From positions 1 through 49,443 of the forward strand of contig JAKQLJ010000017.1 of assembly GCA_029567195.1 (NCBI GenBank): a stretch of DNA of 49,443 nucleotides. The letters run 5' to 3'. Position 1 is the stretch's first letter, and the number at the start of each line of letters is the position of its first letter. The translations under genes were made by a program, and so were the position numbers. The DNA is from a bacterium. Its GTDB lineage: Bacteria; Patescibacteriota; Minisyncoccia; Moranbacterales; UBA2206. The notes beneath the pieces were generated by a model, which made no database searches, had not been told where the DNA came from, and saw only the letters and a program-made list of their open reading frames with translations. Of this stretch, positions 25,119 to 35,813 are shown in pieces.

Positions 25119-26231
25119 ATGTTTGGACTGAATTTTGGTAAAAACACGTTTGTTGGAATTGACATTGGCACTTCCGCTATTAAGGCAATGGAGATAAAAG
25201 TTTCCGGTGGAAAACCTGTTCTTTCCAATTATGCCTGGGCGGCCATTCCTGAATTTTCCGGGCGTGATGATATCGGCTCCTCCTATTTCGAAACAGCATT
25301 TCCCCAATATTTGCAAAGGCTGATGAAGGAGTCGAAAATGGACAGTGGTAATATTTATATTTCCGTCCCGGCTTTTGGCGGTCTCATTACTTTTATAGAA
25401 TTTCCCCAGATGAACGAGGGCGATATGGAGCAGGCGATAAAATTTGAAGCGCACAAATATATTCCCACTTCGCTCGATGAAGTGGTTCTCAGCTGGGATA
25501 TTATTGGAAAAACGGAAAATGGAAATGAAAAAAAAGAAGGAGCGGAAGCAGGTTTGGAAGAAACAAAAAGAATGAATAGGGGCAACGTTCAGGTTCTTTT
25601 GGTAGCGGCTTCAAAAGCCAGGGTCATGCGGTATGAAAAAGTGGTTTACGGGGCGGGAATGAAAATAAAGTCTATTGAGTTGGAAAGTTTTTCCCTTGTC
25701 CGTTCGCTTGTCGGCAATGATCCGGGTCGATTCGTTATTATTGACATAGGCTCGAGAGTGTGCAATATGGTTTTGGTGGACAAGGGAATCATCAGGTCCA
25801 ACAGGAATATTGATGCTGGCGGAAGAGATATGACAAAAATGATAGCCAAAAGCATGGGAATAGACTTTGAAAGGGCGGAGAAAATGAAAATTTCAGGAAA
25901 AGATTTTTTTGCCAAAGACTCTTATATCAACTTTTCTGTTTTGGAAATGATTTCCGGGGAAGTTAGGCGGATGATCAGCTCCTGTTACAAAAATCAGGAA
26001 AATGTGCGAATGGACGGAATAATTCTTTCCGGCGGTTCGGCTAATTTGTATGGCTTGGAGAATTATTTTACCAATTCTTTGGGAATCAAAACATTAATGG
26101 GCAATCCTTTCGGCAGGATCAATTATGACAAAAAACTGGAGCCGATAATAAAAAATATTCAGGCGAAATTTGCCGTTTCTGCGGGGCTGGCTCTTCAGGG
26201 GGCGGATAACTTTTTAAATAATAAAAAATAA
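25119..26231 (+). CDS. pilM: Type IV pilus assembly protein PilM
   Basis: VGIDIGTSAIK, EAHKYIP, IDIG and ILSGGSA actin-like motifs. Confidence 0.92.
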   Translation: MFGLNFGKNTFVGIDIGTSAIKAMEIKVSGGKPVLSNYAWAAIPEFSGRDDIGSSYFETAFPQYLQRLMKESKMDSGNIYISVPAFGGLITFIEFPQMNEGDMEQAIKFEAHKYIPTSLDEVVLSWDIIGKTENGNEKKEGAEAGLEETKRMNRGNVQVLLVAASKARVMRYEKVVYGAGMKIKSIELESFSLVRSLVGNDPGRFVIIDIGSRVCNMVLVDKGIIRSNRNIDAGGRDMTKMIAKSMGIDFERAEKMKISGKDFFAKDSYINFSVLEMISGEVRRMISSCYKNQENVRMDGIILSGGSANLYGLENYFTNSLGIKTLMGNPFGRINYDKKLEPIIKNIQAKFAVSAGLALQGADNFLNNKK

Positions 26232-26284
26232 AAAATTAAATAAATTTAGAACTGCTGAATAAGGTGGTTCGTAAAAACAAAAAT

Positions 26285-26809
26285 ATGGCAAATATAAATT
26301 TGGTTACGGAGCCGGAAAAGCAAAAAAGCAAAATAGCCGAGGGCGGCTTGGCGATAATAACTCTGGTGTTTGTCCTGATAATGCTGCTTTATGCCGGGCT
26401 GGTTTTTTATAACAAAACCTTGACGGGCAAAATTAGCAATGTCAAGGCCCAATATGAGTCAAAATATCAGGAGATGGTTTCCGGAGAATCCACCAAAACC
26501 GTTTTGGATTTTAATAACAGAATAACCATTTCCAAAGAATCTTTGAAACAGGAAAAAAACATGGTTGAGGATTTGGCCCAGATTGAAAAATCAATAATTT
26601 CCGGAGTCTTCCTTGATTCTTACGAATATGATCAAAAGGGCAATGCCATAACTCTGAATTGCATGGGAGACAACTACAACAAGGTAGCCAAGCAGATAGT
26701 CAATTTTAAAAGCAATGAATATTTTCCCAATGTTACTTCCGGTGAAACCACATTGGACAAAGAAAAGGGAAAAATTAGTTTTAAAATAATTCTTTCTTTA
26801 AATAAGTAA
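26285..26809 (+). CDS. pilN: PilN-like protein
   Basis: N-terminal INL motif, single TM, coiled coil; follows pilM. Confidence 0.72.
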   Translation: MANINLVTEPEKQKSKIAEGGLAIITLVFVLIMLLYAGLVFYNKTLTGKISNVKAQYESKYQEMVSGESTKTVLDFNNRITISKESLKQEKNMVEDLAQIEKSIISGVFLDSYEYDQKGNAITLNCMGDNYNKVAKQIVNFKSNEYFPNVTSGETTLDKEKGKISFKIILSLNK

Positions 26810-26862
26810 CTTCTAATGCAGGGTAGAGTTTTAAAAATTTACCCGTATTAGCAAAAATAAAT

Positions 26863-27630
26863 ATGAAATTAAAAATATTACTTCCCCCGCTACTTATCGT
26901 AGGCATTATAATAGTCGCCATCTGGATGGTTTATCCGGCCTATACCAACGGGGCGGATGGCTTCAAGGAAAAAAGGGCGGAGCTGAAAGCGGAAGAGGAA
27001 AAACTGACCAATGTGGAGAATAAGATTGAGAATGTAAAGAAGCTTTCCGCTCAACTTTCTTCCATTACTGATAAAAAAGAAGAAATTGTTTCCTACATTC
27101 CGGAAACTATAAAAGAGGAACAAATAATCGACAATGTCAATTTTATTGCCGGAGAAGAAGGGTTGTCTGTCAAGAATATTTCCGTTGTCCAGCCTAAAGC
27201 CAAAGCCGTTGATACGGAGATGACGGACGAAGAGCTGGAAGCTTCCGGTCTTGAAGTGCCGGCAATAAAGAAACCGGAAGCCACCCTTTTTGATGTCGAG
27301 GTTTCTATGGTGGGGAATTATGATAAGATAAAAAACTTTTTGGACAAAGTTCATCGTTTTCATCGCTTTAAACGTTTTGATACGATAGAGATAAAAAAAT
27401 ATGCTTCTGAAAAAGAAGGAGATACGGTTTCTGGCTTACAATTGGACGCCGTTCTTAGTTTTAATTTTTACAAAAAATCAAATAAACCGGCGGATATGGA
27501 AGATCCGGTCTTTGCCAATGGCAACTTCAGCGGATTGCAAATTGTTGATGATATAAAAAACAAGAAAAATATCAGCATGTTGAAAATGGAAGCCGAGCAA
27601 GCCGGTCGAGTTGATCCATTTTCTCCCTAA
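26863..27630 (+). CDS. pilO: PilO-like protein
   Basis: N-terminal TM, coiled coil, GNYDKIKNFLDKV..F.R, C-terminal GRVDPF. Confidence 0.75.
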   Translation: MKLKILLPPLLIVGIIIVAIWMVYPAYTNGADGFKEKRAELKAEEEKLTNVENKIENVKKLSAQLSSITDKKEEIVSYIPETIKEEQIIDNVNFIAGEEGLSVKNISVVQPKAKAVDTEMTDEELEASGLEVPAIKKPEATLFDVEVSMVGNYDKIKNFLDKVHRFHRFKRFDTIEIKKYASEKEGDTVSGLQLDAVLSFNFYKKSNKPADMEDPVFANGNFSGLQIVDDIKNKKNISMLKMEAEQAGRVDPFSP

Positions 27631-27633
27631 TTA

Positions 27634-29370
27634 ATGATGAATAACGACAGCCAAAATACCAATAAGCAGAAAGACGATCCCGCTATTAGTGGAAAATCCA
27701 TTGCGGATGATTTTTCTGTTTCTCTGAAAAAGGAATCTGGAGCGGCAACAGAAAAAAATAAGGAAAAAAAAATTTCCATTGCCGTCCTGAACGAATTGCC
27801 GGCTAAAGTCAAAAACGACGTCATTAATCTTATCCCGGAAGAAGTAGCCAGGAAATATAAGATTGCCGCTTTTGAAAAAAAAGGGAATTTGGTGAAAATT
27901 GCGGCAGTAGATCCGCAGGATATAAACGCTCTCAACGCCTTGCGTTTTGTGGCGGAAAAGGAAGAAATTGAATTGGATATTTATCAAACCTCTGAAGGGA
28001 TTTTTGAAGACATTCTGAATTTTTATAGCGGTCCGAGCGAAATGATAAAAAAGGCGGTTACGTCTTTTAAACAGGGAAATGTTGATGACTTGGAAATAAC
28101 AGGGATAAAAAAAACTTCAGAAAAAGAAATATTAAAAGATGCCCCGCTGGCCAAATTGGTTCAGGTAGTAATCAGCCATGCCATTGAAGGAAAAGCCAGC
28201 GATATCCATATCGAACCGATGGAAGGGGATTACAGGGTGCGTTTCAGAGTGGATGGAATTTTGCATGTCAGCCTTGTTTTGCCCAAAGAAATTGGTCCGG
28301 CGGTAATTTCAAGAATTAAAATTCTGGCCAATCTGAAGATTGATGAAAAAAGGAAGCCGCAGGATGGACGTTTTCGGCTTAACAATGAAGGCAAGGATAT
28401 AGATTTTCGCGTTTCCACTTTGCCGGTCATAGACGGGGAGAAGGTGGTGATGAGAATTTTAGACAAGGAAGGCGGCGTGGCTAATATAGAATCTTTGGGA
28501 CTGGTCGGAGAAGCCCTGGAGAATATGAAGCTGGCTATCAGGGAAACTTACGGGATGATTTTGATAACCGGGCCGACCGGTAGTGGAAAATCAACCACGC
28601 TTTATGCTCTTTTGAAGATATTGAACAGCGAGGAAAGAAATATCGTAACTCTGGAAGATCCGATTGAATATAATATTGAAGGGCTGAACCAAAGCCAGAT
28701 AAAACCGGAAATAGGTTACACTTTCGCTTCCGGTCTGAGAACCATTCTTCGTCAGGATCCGAATGTCATAATGGTGGGAGAAATCAGAGATGCCGAGACG
28801 GCGGAATTGGCTGTTCACGCCGCGCTTACGGGGCATTTGATGTTTTCCACCCTCCATACCAATACGGCCATTGGCGCTATTCCGAGATTGATTGTTATGG
28901 GCATTGAGCCGTTTTTGCTCTCTTCATCTCTAAGGTTGGTAGTGGCACAAAGACTGGTGAGAAGAATTTGTGAAGACTGCAAGGAAAAAAAAGAAGTTCC
29001 GGATTCGGTCAAGAAAAAAGTAATGGAAGAAATTAGCCGTATTTCCAAGGAAGAATTAAAAAAACAAGGGCTGGATTTGGAAAAGGGCATTGATTTTTAT
29101 CACGGAAAAGGCTGTGACAAGTGCAACGGCACCGGGCTGAAAGGGCGAGTGGCTATTTATGAAGTGATTCCGGTTAATGAAAATGTAAAAAATATCATTA
29201 CTGAAAAAAGGGGGAATGAAGAATTGATAACCAAAGAAAGAGATGCTTTGGGAGTTCTGACGATAAAGCAAGACGGACTTATAAAAATAGTAAAAGGACT
29301 TACTACCATCGAAGAGGTGGAGCGAGTGACGGAAGGCAGTATCACTTTATCAGAAGAAAATGATGCTTAA
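27634..29370 (+). CDS. pilB: Type IV pilus extension ATPase PilB (GspE family)
   Basis: ASDIHIEP, GPTGSGKSTT, LRQDPNVIMVGEIRD, tetracysteine motif. Confidence 0.95.
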   Translation: MMNNDSQNTNKQKDDPAISGKSIADDFSVSLKKESGAATEKNKEKKISIAVLNELPAKVKNDVINLIPEEVARKYKIAAFEKKGNLVKIAAVDPQDINALNALRFVAEKEEIELDIYQTSEGIFEDILNFYSGPSEMIKKAVTSFKQGNVDDLEITGIKKTSEKEILKDAPLAKLVQVVISHAIEGKASDIHIEPMEGDYRVRFRVDGILHVSLVLPKEIGPAVISRIKILANLKIDEKRKPQDGRFRLNNEGKDIDFRVSTLPVIDGEKVVMRILDKEGGVANIESLGLVGEALENMKLAIRETYGMILITGPTGSGKSTTLYALLKILNSEERNIVTLEDPIEYNIEGLNQSQIKPEIGYTFASGLRTILRQDPNVIMVGEIRDAETAELAVHAALTGHLMFSTLHTNTAIGAIPRLIVMGIEPFLLSSSLRLVVAQRLVRRICEDCKEKKEVPDSVKKKVMEEISRISKEELKKQGLDLEKGIDFYHGKGCDKCNGTGLKGRVAIYEVIPVNENVKNIITEKRGNEELITKERDALGVLTIKQDGLIKIVKGLTTIEEVERVTEGSITLSEENDA

Positions 29371-29404
29371 TCAAATTTAATAATAAGGTAAGGAATAAAA
29401 AAGT

Positions 29405-29776
29405 ATGGCGCAAAGAATAATGGTGGTTGAAGACGATTCTTTTGTGATGGATATCTATCAGACCAAGTTAACCCAGGAAGGGTATGAAGTTATTTCTGCC
29501 AGCAATGGTATCGAGGCGATTAAGAAACTGGAAGAGAATAAAAAGCCCGAGCTTATCCTTTTGGATATAATTATGCCCTATATGGACGGCTTGGAAGTTC
29601 TGAGAAAAATAAAAAATAACAAAAATTGGAAAAAAATTCCGATCATTCTTTTGACTAATTTGAGCCAGAAAGAAGAAGTGCAGGAAGGCTTGAAGCTGGG
29701 AGCCAAGGATTATCTGATAAAATCCCACTTCACGCCATCAGAGGTTTTGGAAAAAATAAAAATAGCCTTAAAATAA
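29405..29776 (+). CDS. Single-domain response regulator (CheY-like receiver)
   Basis: VVEDD, LLDIIMPYMDG, LTN, DYLIK. Confidence 0.92.
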   Translation: MAQRIMVVEDDSFVMDIYQTKLTQEGYEVISASNGIEAIKKLEENKKPELILLDIIMPYMDGLEVLRKIKNNKNWKKIPIILLTNLSQKEEVQEGLKLGAKDYLIKSHFTPSEVLEKIKIALK

Positions 29777-29785
29777 AATAATTTT

Positions 29786-30856
29786 ATGATTCATGCCGAG
29801 CAAAAAATAAAAAACCTGTTGCGATTGGTGGCCCAGCAGGGAGCTTCCGATCTTCATCTGACTGTCGGACGCCATCCTACCTTTAGGATTGACGGCAAGC
29901 TGATTCCTTTTATGGAAGACGAAATATTGACGCCGGCCGTTACCAAGGAAATTTGCGGAGTGATTTTGAGCGAAGAAGGGCAAAAAAAACTTAATGCGGA
30001 GGGCCAAACAGATTTTTCTTATAATTTTGAGGATAAGGTGCGCTTCAGGGTTAACGCTTTTTTTCAACAAGGGTATATCAGCATTGCCTTTCGTCTTATT
30101 CCGCGGGAAATAAAAACTTTGCAAGAATTGAATATGCCGGAAGGGCTGTATGACTTTACCAAGTTTTCTCAAGGATTGTTTTTGGTAGTCGGTCCGGTGG
30201 GACACGGAAAATCCACCACGCTGGCGGCGATGATTAATGAAATAAACCACAACCAGGAAAAACACATCGTTACCATCGAAGACCCGATAGAATATGTTTA
30301 TGAGCAGGACAGGTGCATTATAAACCAGCGGGAAGTTTATCAGGATTCCCAGTCTTTTCAGGCCGCTCTCAAATCTGTTTTCCGGGAGGACGCCAATGTG
30401 GTTTTGGTTGGTGAAATGCGGGATCTCGATACCATAAGCACGGCCATTACGGCGGCGGAAACAGGACATTTGATTTTTGCCACTCTTCATACCAATGATT
30501 GTCCGCAAACTATAGACAGAATCATCGATGTTTTTCCGGCTCATCAGCAAAATCAGGTCAGGAGCCAGTTGGCCAATGTTCTTCTGGGGGTCATTTCCCA
30601 GCGTTTGATTTCCAGGATAGACGGGGGACGAGTGCCGGCGGTGGAGATAATGCTTAAAAATCATGCCGTAGAAAATTTGATACGAGAGAACAAGTCTTAT
30701 CAGATTGACAATGTGATCGAAACCAGTTCCGATCAGGGCATGATCAGCATGGATAAATCGCTGGCCAGCCTTGTCAAACAGGGGATAGTTTCCATCGATA
30801 GCGCAACTGCTTATGCCAAAGATCCGAAGAATTTCCAGTCGATGTTAAAAATATAG
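29786..30856 (+). CDS. pilT: Type IV pilus retraction ATPase PilT
   Basis: ASDLHL, GPVGHGKSTT, VFREDANVVLVGEMRD, AAETGHL. Confidence 0.94.
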   Translation: MIHAEQKIKNLLRLVAQQGASDLHLTVGRHPTFRIDGKLIPFMEDEILTPAVTKEICGVILSEEGQKKLNAEGQTDFSYNFEDKVRFRVNAFFQQGYISIAFRLIPREIKTLQELNMPEGLYDFTKFSQGLFLVVGPVGHGKSTTLAAMINEINHNQEKHIVTIEDPIEYVYEQDRCIINQREVYQDSQSFQAALKSVFREDANVVLVGEMRDLDTISTAITAAETGHLIFATLHTNDCPQTIDRIIDVFPAHQQNQVRSQLANVLLGVISQRLISRIDGGRVPAVEIMLKNHAVENLIRENKSYQIDNVIETSSDQGMISMDKSLASLVKQGIVSIDSATAYAKDPKNFQSMLKI

Positions 30857-30950
30857 ATGAAAAAAGTTTCTTAGAATGGTTGATTAGTTGGTTTTGTGTT
30901 AAAATAAAAATATACAAAATCGGGTAAAATTTTAAACTAACAAAAATAAA

Positions 30951-32162
30951 ATGAAATTTGTTTTTAAAGCCAAAGATAAAACGGGAAATTTACGGGAAGG
31001 AACAATCGAAGCGGCAAGCAACGAGGCGGCTCTTTCCGTTCTCCAAAAAAACGGCCTCTTTCCGGTCAGCATAGCGGAAGAAAAAGAGGGAGACTCATTT
31101 AAAAAAATAATTTTAAAATATTATGACCGGGTAACATCCAAGGAGCTGGCTATCTTTTTCAGGCAACTGGCCATCCTGATTGAAGCCCGGGTTCCCATTG
31201 TAGCTTCGATTACCGCCATCAGCGAACAGACAGTCAATCTCTATTTTAAAAAAATTCTCAAAGAAGCCATAAACGACATTGATGACGGCTTGGCTCTTTC
31301 TGACGCCCTGGCCAAACATGGCGATGTTTTTTCAACTCTTTCAATAAACATAATAAAAGCCGGGGAAACATCGGGAAATCTAAAAAAATCAGTGGAATAT
31401 GTGGCGGATAACATTGAAAAAAATAACGCCTTAACCAGCAGGGTTCGTTCCGCTCTGATGTATCCGGCTATCGTTTTGGTGGTTTTCTTCATCATTGGTT
31501 TTATCGCCGTTTCTTTTTTGATTCCCAAACTGACGGCTATCATTAAAGAGCTTAACGCCGATGTGCCTTGGTATACCCAGATAGTTATAACGGTCGGTGA
31601 TTTTATGTCTATGTATTGGTGGGCGGTGGCGATTGTTATTTTGGGGTTTTTCGGCGGAATCCTTTATTATATAAAAACCGAAGCAGGAAAAAAGGAGTGG
31701 GATCAGATAAAAATCAGACTGCCTATTGCGGGCGTGATTTTTCGGTATGTCTACATCACCCGTTTTGCTGAAAATCTGGCGGTTCTTCTCACCGGCGGCA
31801 TTCCTATTCTCAGAGCCTTGACCGTTGTCAGTTCGGTTATAAACAACACTGTCTATGAAGCCATTATCCTTCGGACAGCCGAGGAAGTGAAAGTGGGCGG
31901 CAATATGAGCGATGTTTTGAAACGCAGTCCGCTCATTCCGCCGGTTGTGTCGCATATGATAAAAATCGGAGAAGAATCCGGGCAAATAGACACCGTGCTT
32001 AATCATGTGGCGAAATTTTATGATCAGGAAACGGAGATGATGACCAAAAATCTCTCCACTCTTATTGAACCGGTGCTGATGGTCATTATCGGAATAGCAG
32101 TCGGATTTATGGCCTTTGCGATCCTGATGCCGATTTATAACATTGCCGGACAGATAAAATAA
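30951..32162 (+). CDS. pilC: Type IV pilus platform protein PilC (GspF family)
   Basis: FFRQLA, GETSGNL, ALMYP, GEESG, IEP...LMPIY. Confidence 0.94.
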   Translation: MKFVFKAKDKTGNLREGTIEAASNEAALSVLQKNGLFPVSIAEEKEGDSFKKIILKYYDRVTSKELAIFFRQLAILIEARVPIVASITAISEQTVNLYFKKILKEAINDIDDGLALSDALAKHGDVFSTLSINIIKAGETSGNLKKSVEYVADNIEKNNALTSRVRSALMYPAIVLVVFFIIGFIAVSFLIPKLTAIIKELNADVPWYTQIVITVGDFMSMYWWAVAIVILGFFGGILYYIKTEAGKKEWDQIKIRLPIAGVIFRYVYITRFAENLAVLLTGGIPILRALTVVSSVINNTVYEAIILRTAEEVKVGGNMSDVLKRSPLIPPVVSHMIKIGEESGQIDTVLNHVAKFYDQETEMMTKNLSTLIEPVLMVIIGIAVGFMAFAILMPIYNIAGQIK

Positions 32163-32271
32163 ACAAAGAGCAATGAACAAAGAACAATGATCAATGAACA
32201 ATGAACAGGGGACAAAGAACAATGAACAATGATCAATGAACAATAAATAAAGGACAAAGAGCAATGAACAA
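32161..32271. repeat. Degenerate heptamer tandem repeat (CAATGAA/CAAAGAA, about 15 units)
   Basis: Direct reading of the intergenic sequence. Confidence 0.85.
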
Positions 32272-32437
32272 AAAGGCAGAAGCGAAAGGATAGTCGTGAT
32301 TTATAAATTGATAAATGACCTTATTAAAGAAAATAATATTAAAATGAAGAATAGAAAAAAAGAGTCGGAAGCGCAATGAAAAATTTCTGCTTTCTGCTTC
32401 TTACTTCTTTCTTCTTACCTAGAGAGGCGGTGATATT

Positions 32438-32881
32438 ATGGCTAAAAAGAAAACTAAAAAGAAAAAAGGCTTTACTTTGATCGAACTTTTGATTGTTATC
32501 GCGATTATTGGAATTTTAGCTTCAATAGTTCTGGTAAGTTTAACTAGCGCACGAGAAAAAGCTAATATTGCGGCTTACAAATCGCAAGTGAGTTCTTTAG
32601 CCGCGGCTCTTGTCATTGAATGTGATACGAGAATTTTAGCAATTAATAATATTAATGCTATGCTACCTCCTGTAGCAAATAGAAAAGTTCAAGGCATTGT
32701 CATTTATGCTGGAAATACTGCCGCTAATTGTTCCAATACTGGAACTGGAGTTTTTGATGTAGGATTGAGATCTATTGAAATTGGTACTTCTGCAGCAGCG
32801 ACTGCTTGTGAAACAGCGCCTTCGGCAACTGAAGGAACCCATATTACTAATACCGGCGTTACTTTTCCCGCAGGCTGTTAA
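32438..32881 (+). CDS. Type IV major pilin (copy 1)
   Basis: [20 protein letters not shown] prepilin motif; C-terminal Cys. Confidence 0.92.
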   Translation: MAKKKTKKKKGFTLIELLIVIAIIGILASIVLVSLTSAREKANIAAYKSQVSSLAAALVIECDTRILAINNINAMLPPVANRKVQGIVIYAGNTAANCSNTGTGVFDVGLRSIEIGTSAAATACETAPSATEGTHITNTGVTFPAGC

Positions 32882-32939
32882 TTTTCTGTGAAGATTATTT
32901 TTTGAATAAAAATAATTAATTTAGAACGGAGGTGATATT

Positions 32940-33359
32940 ATGGCTAAAAAGAAAACTAAAAAGAAAAAAGGCTTTACTTTGATCGAGCTTTTGATTGTTA
33001 TCGCGATCATTGGAATTTTAGCTTCAATAGTTTTGGTAAGTTTAACTAGCGCACGAGAAAAAGCTAATGTTGCTACCTACAAATCGCAAGTGAGTTCTTT
33101 AGCCGCGGCTCTTGTCATTGATTGTGATACTGATCTTTTAACTGATGCTATAATTACTACGCATATAGCTACTATGGGTACTAACAATAAAGTAACTCCT
33201 GGAGCTATATCTGAAAATTCCTGCGGATCGAGTGGAACAGGAGAATTTACGGTAGCAGTCAGTTCAATAGAATTAGGATCTTCTGCAGCAGCAACTGCTT
33301 GTGAAAGCGCTGGTGGATCCATAACAGAGTCAGGCGTAACATTTCCTGCTGGTTGCTAA
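32940..33359 (+). CDS. Type IV major pilin (copy 2)
   Basis: Same prepilin motif; N-terminus nearly identical to copy 1. Confidence 0.92.
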   Translation: MAKKKTKKKKGFTLIELLIVIAIIGILASIVLVSLTSAREKANVATYKSQVSSLAAALVIDCDTDLLTDAIITTHIATMGTNNKVTPGAISENSCGSSGTGEFTVAVSSIELGSSAAATACESAGGSITESGVTFPAGC

Positions 33360-33471
33360 CGCACGTTTAATTTGAAAATTTTTATGCTTGCCAATGATAT
33401 GTATTTGGCAAGCAGGTATAGTTTTTAAACTAGTAAACGAGGAAGGGCAACGGAGTAAATCAATTATTAGG

Positions 33472-33813
33472 ATGAATCAGGGAATCAAGCATCTTATCAT
33501 ATTCTTATTCAACTTGGCGTTGCTTTTTGCAACGCTTTTTGTGCCTAGACAAGTTGATAACAAGGAGCAGATGAAAAATGTAAGACTGGGTTATCCTGTG
33601 GCGTTTGTTTCCCAGGATTTTTCTTATTATAATAAATATTTTTCTTTCTTTCCGAATTGGCAAAAATTTAATCCCCAAAATAAGAATTGCCCTTATAAAA
33701 TTATCCCTGTAAATCTCATTATATCAATGGCTACAGTTTTTGCTTTGCTTGAATTTTTTATTTGTATTATAGAAATTATTCATATTAAAATTTTTTTTAG
33801 AGAAGTTAACTGA
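33472..33813 (+). CDS. Small two-TM hypothetical membrane protein
   Basis: Two hydrophobic helices flanking a LGYPVAF loop. Confidence 0.6.
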   Translation: MNQGIKHLIIFLFNLALLFATLFVPRQVDNKEQMKNVRLGYPVAFVSQDFSYYNKYFSFFPNWQKFNPQNKNCPYKIIPVNLIISMATVFALLEFFICIIEIIHIKIFFREVN

Positions 33814-33873
33814 TTCTACAAATAGCAAAAAACTATTTTTTATGATATGATAAAGACATAAAATAAATCAAAA

Positions 33874-34671
33874 ATGACTAGTATCATATTTCTTTTGTTA
33901 GGACTTATTTTCGGAAGCTTTTTAAATGTGGTGGTTTACAGAATCGGCGTGGCGGAAGACATTCTGGGGCGATCGTATTGTCCAAAATGCAAGAAAAAAA
34001 TAAAATGGTATGATAACATTCCGGTTATCAGTTTTATCATGCTCAAATTCCAGTGCAGAGAATGTGGAAAAAAAATATCATGGCAATATCCGATGGTGGA
34101 AATTGCCACCGGCATCCTGTTTGCTCTGGTGGGAGCTAATTTTTTTTCCGCCATTGATCCTGCCACATGGATGCCGACTTTCTATTATCTGGGTATTGTC
34201 AGTTTTTTAATGGTTGTTTTGGTTTACGATTTTATACATATGGAAATTCCCTCCACTGTTCTTTGGGCCGGAATTGCCTGGACTGTTTTTTTCAATCTCA
34301 TTTTTGATTGGTATAGCCTTAGCTGGTCGGTTCCGTTGGAAAGCGCCATTTATTCCGGAGTGTTGGCGGCTTTTGTGTCATTCGTCTTCTTTTTTCTGAT
34401 GGTGGTTTTTTCGCGGGAAAAATGGATGGGTCTGGGGGATGCCTATCTGGTTATTTTTCTTGGAATGATAACCGGCTGGCCGGAGATATTATTGGCTCTT
34501 TTTTTGGCCTTTGCTATTGGCGCGATTTGTGGCATAATTCTAATAGGGATGAAGAAAAAGAAAATAAAAAGCCAAATTCCTTTTGCTCCTTTTTTGGCCT
34601 TGGGAACATTGATAACAATTTTTTTCTATCAGGCAATAGTTAATTGGTATTTTGGTCTGGTTGCTTTTTAA
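33874..34671 (+). CDS. pilD: Prepilin peptidase
   Basis: GSFLNVVVYR, RSYCPKC...CREC, YD and MGLGD aspartates, IPFAPFL. Confidence 0.95.
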   Translation: MTSIIFLLLGLIFGSFLNVVVYRIGVAEDILGRSYCPKCKKKIKWYDNIPVISFIMLKFQCRECGKKISWQYPMVEIATGILFALVGANFFSAIDPATWMPTFYYLGIVSFLMVVLVYDFIHMEIPSTVLWAGIAWTVFFNLIFDWYSLSWSVPLESAIYSGVLAAFVSFVFFFLMVVFSREKWMGLGDAYLVIFLGMITGWPEILLALFLAFAIGAICGIILIGMKKKKIKSQIPFAPFLALGTLITIFFYQAIVNWYFGLVAF

Positions 34672-34678
34672 ATAAATT

Positions 34679-35260
34679 ATGAAAAAAGATAAAAATAAAA
34701 ACAGAGGATTTACTCTTTTGGAGGTGATGATTGTTATCGCTATTGTCGGCATAATGTCGGCGTTGGTTTTAATTAACTTTAATTCTACAAAAAATAATGC
34801 GCGCGTAAAAGCATCGCAAAGAGAAGTGGCTTCCGCTATAAAGCTGGCGCATAGTTATGCCCTTCAAGGTAAAACCCAGCCCAGATGGGACGGGGAAATG
34901 GTTACTCCTTGCGGCTACGGAATATATTTCATTCCTGCTTCCGAAGGAGAAAATATAACACGATACAGATTATTCTATAATATGCCAGGCGGTGCTTCCT
35001 GTGATGATTTAAACAAACTTGCTAAGAATCGCAGGTTCATAGAAGGGGAATCAAAGACGGAAGAGATTCAAACTCTGGAAAGCGGCGTTTATTTAAGATT
35101 TTCTTCCGGCCGGCAAGTCTACTTTACTGTTCCCCATGGAGAAACATACAGCGGCGCCGGGGGTGCTCTTGGCTCTGCGGTAACTATGACGGTGAGAATT
35201 GGAAGCACTGAAAAAACCATAACCATTAATCCCGGCGGACTGGTAGAGGAAAGCGATTAA
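34679..35260 (+). CDS. Minor pilin (FimT/GspH-like)
   Basis: RGF-TLLEVMIVIAIVGIM. Confidence 0.85.
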   Translation: MKKDKNKNRGFTLLEVMIVIAIVGIMSALVLINFNSTKNNARVKASQREVASAIKLAHSYALQGKTQPRWDGEMVTPCGYGIYFIPASEGENITRYRLFYNMPGGASCDDLNKLAKNRRFIEGESKTEEIQTLESGVYLRFSSGRQVYFTVPHGETYSGAGGALGSAVTMTVRIGSTEKTITINPGGLVEESD

Positions 35261-35264
35261 AAAA

Positions 35265-35813
35265 ATGAAAATAGGAAAAATCAAAAACAAAAAAGGATTA
35301 TTTGCCGGCAAGCGAGGATTTTCTCTTCTGGAGGCCATACTTTCTGTTTTTATAGTAAGTGTAGGATTGGTAGCCGTCATGTCTCTTCTTACAGCCAGCA
35401 TAAAAGAAACTCTTGGTAGCCGTAGCCAGCAAGTGGCTTCTCTTTTGGCTCAAGAAGGAGTAGAGCTTGTCAGAAACATACGCGATAACAATTGGGCAAG
35501 GCAATTGGACGATAGTTTTAATGGCATTGATGCGGCCAATAATTGCACCATTGCTTATAACTCCACACTAAGTTGCAGTGGGGACTACAAACTTTCCCGA
35601 AATACAAGCGGATATTATGTCCACAACAGCAATCTTCCGGATACGAGATTTTCCAGAAAAATCATAATATCGGGAGGAGCCAACGTCAGAAGAATTATCA
35701 GCATGGTGGTCTGGGACAGGGATGATTTTCCCGGTAGTGTTGATGGATGCACAACAAAAAACAAATGCTCTTATGCGGAAATAACCTTAACCAAATGGGG
35801 AGGAAATGATTAA
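35265..35813 (+). CDS. Minor pilin (PilV-like)
   Basis: RGF-SLLEAILSVFI; A..LAQEGVELVRNIRD. Confidence 0.85.
   Translation: MKIGKIKNKKGLFAGKRGFSLLEAILSVFIVSVGLVAVMSLLTASIKETLGSRSQQVASLLAQEGVELVRNIRDNNWARQLDDSFNGIDAANNCTIAYNSTLSCSGDYKLSRNTSGYYVHNSNLPDTRFSRKIIISGGANVRRIISMVVWDRDDFPGSVDGCTTKNKCSYAEITLTKWGGND

Noticed and set aside
29768-30664. 298-aa minus-strand ORF
   Set aside because: Antisense to the well-supported pilT, with no recognisable motifs. The same applies to the other antisense ORFs over recG, clpC, ligA, gatA and gyrB.
31431-32264. 277-aa minus-strand ORF
   Set aside because: Antisense shadow of pilC; its N-terminus is just the translated heptamer repeat.
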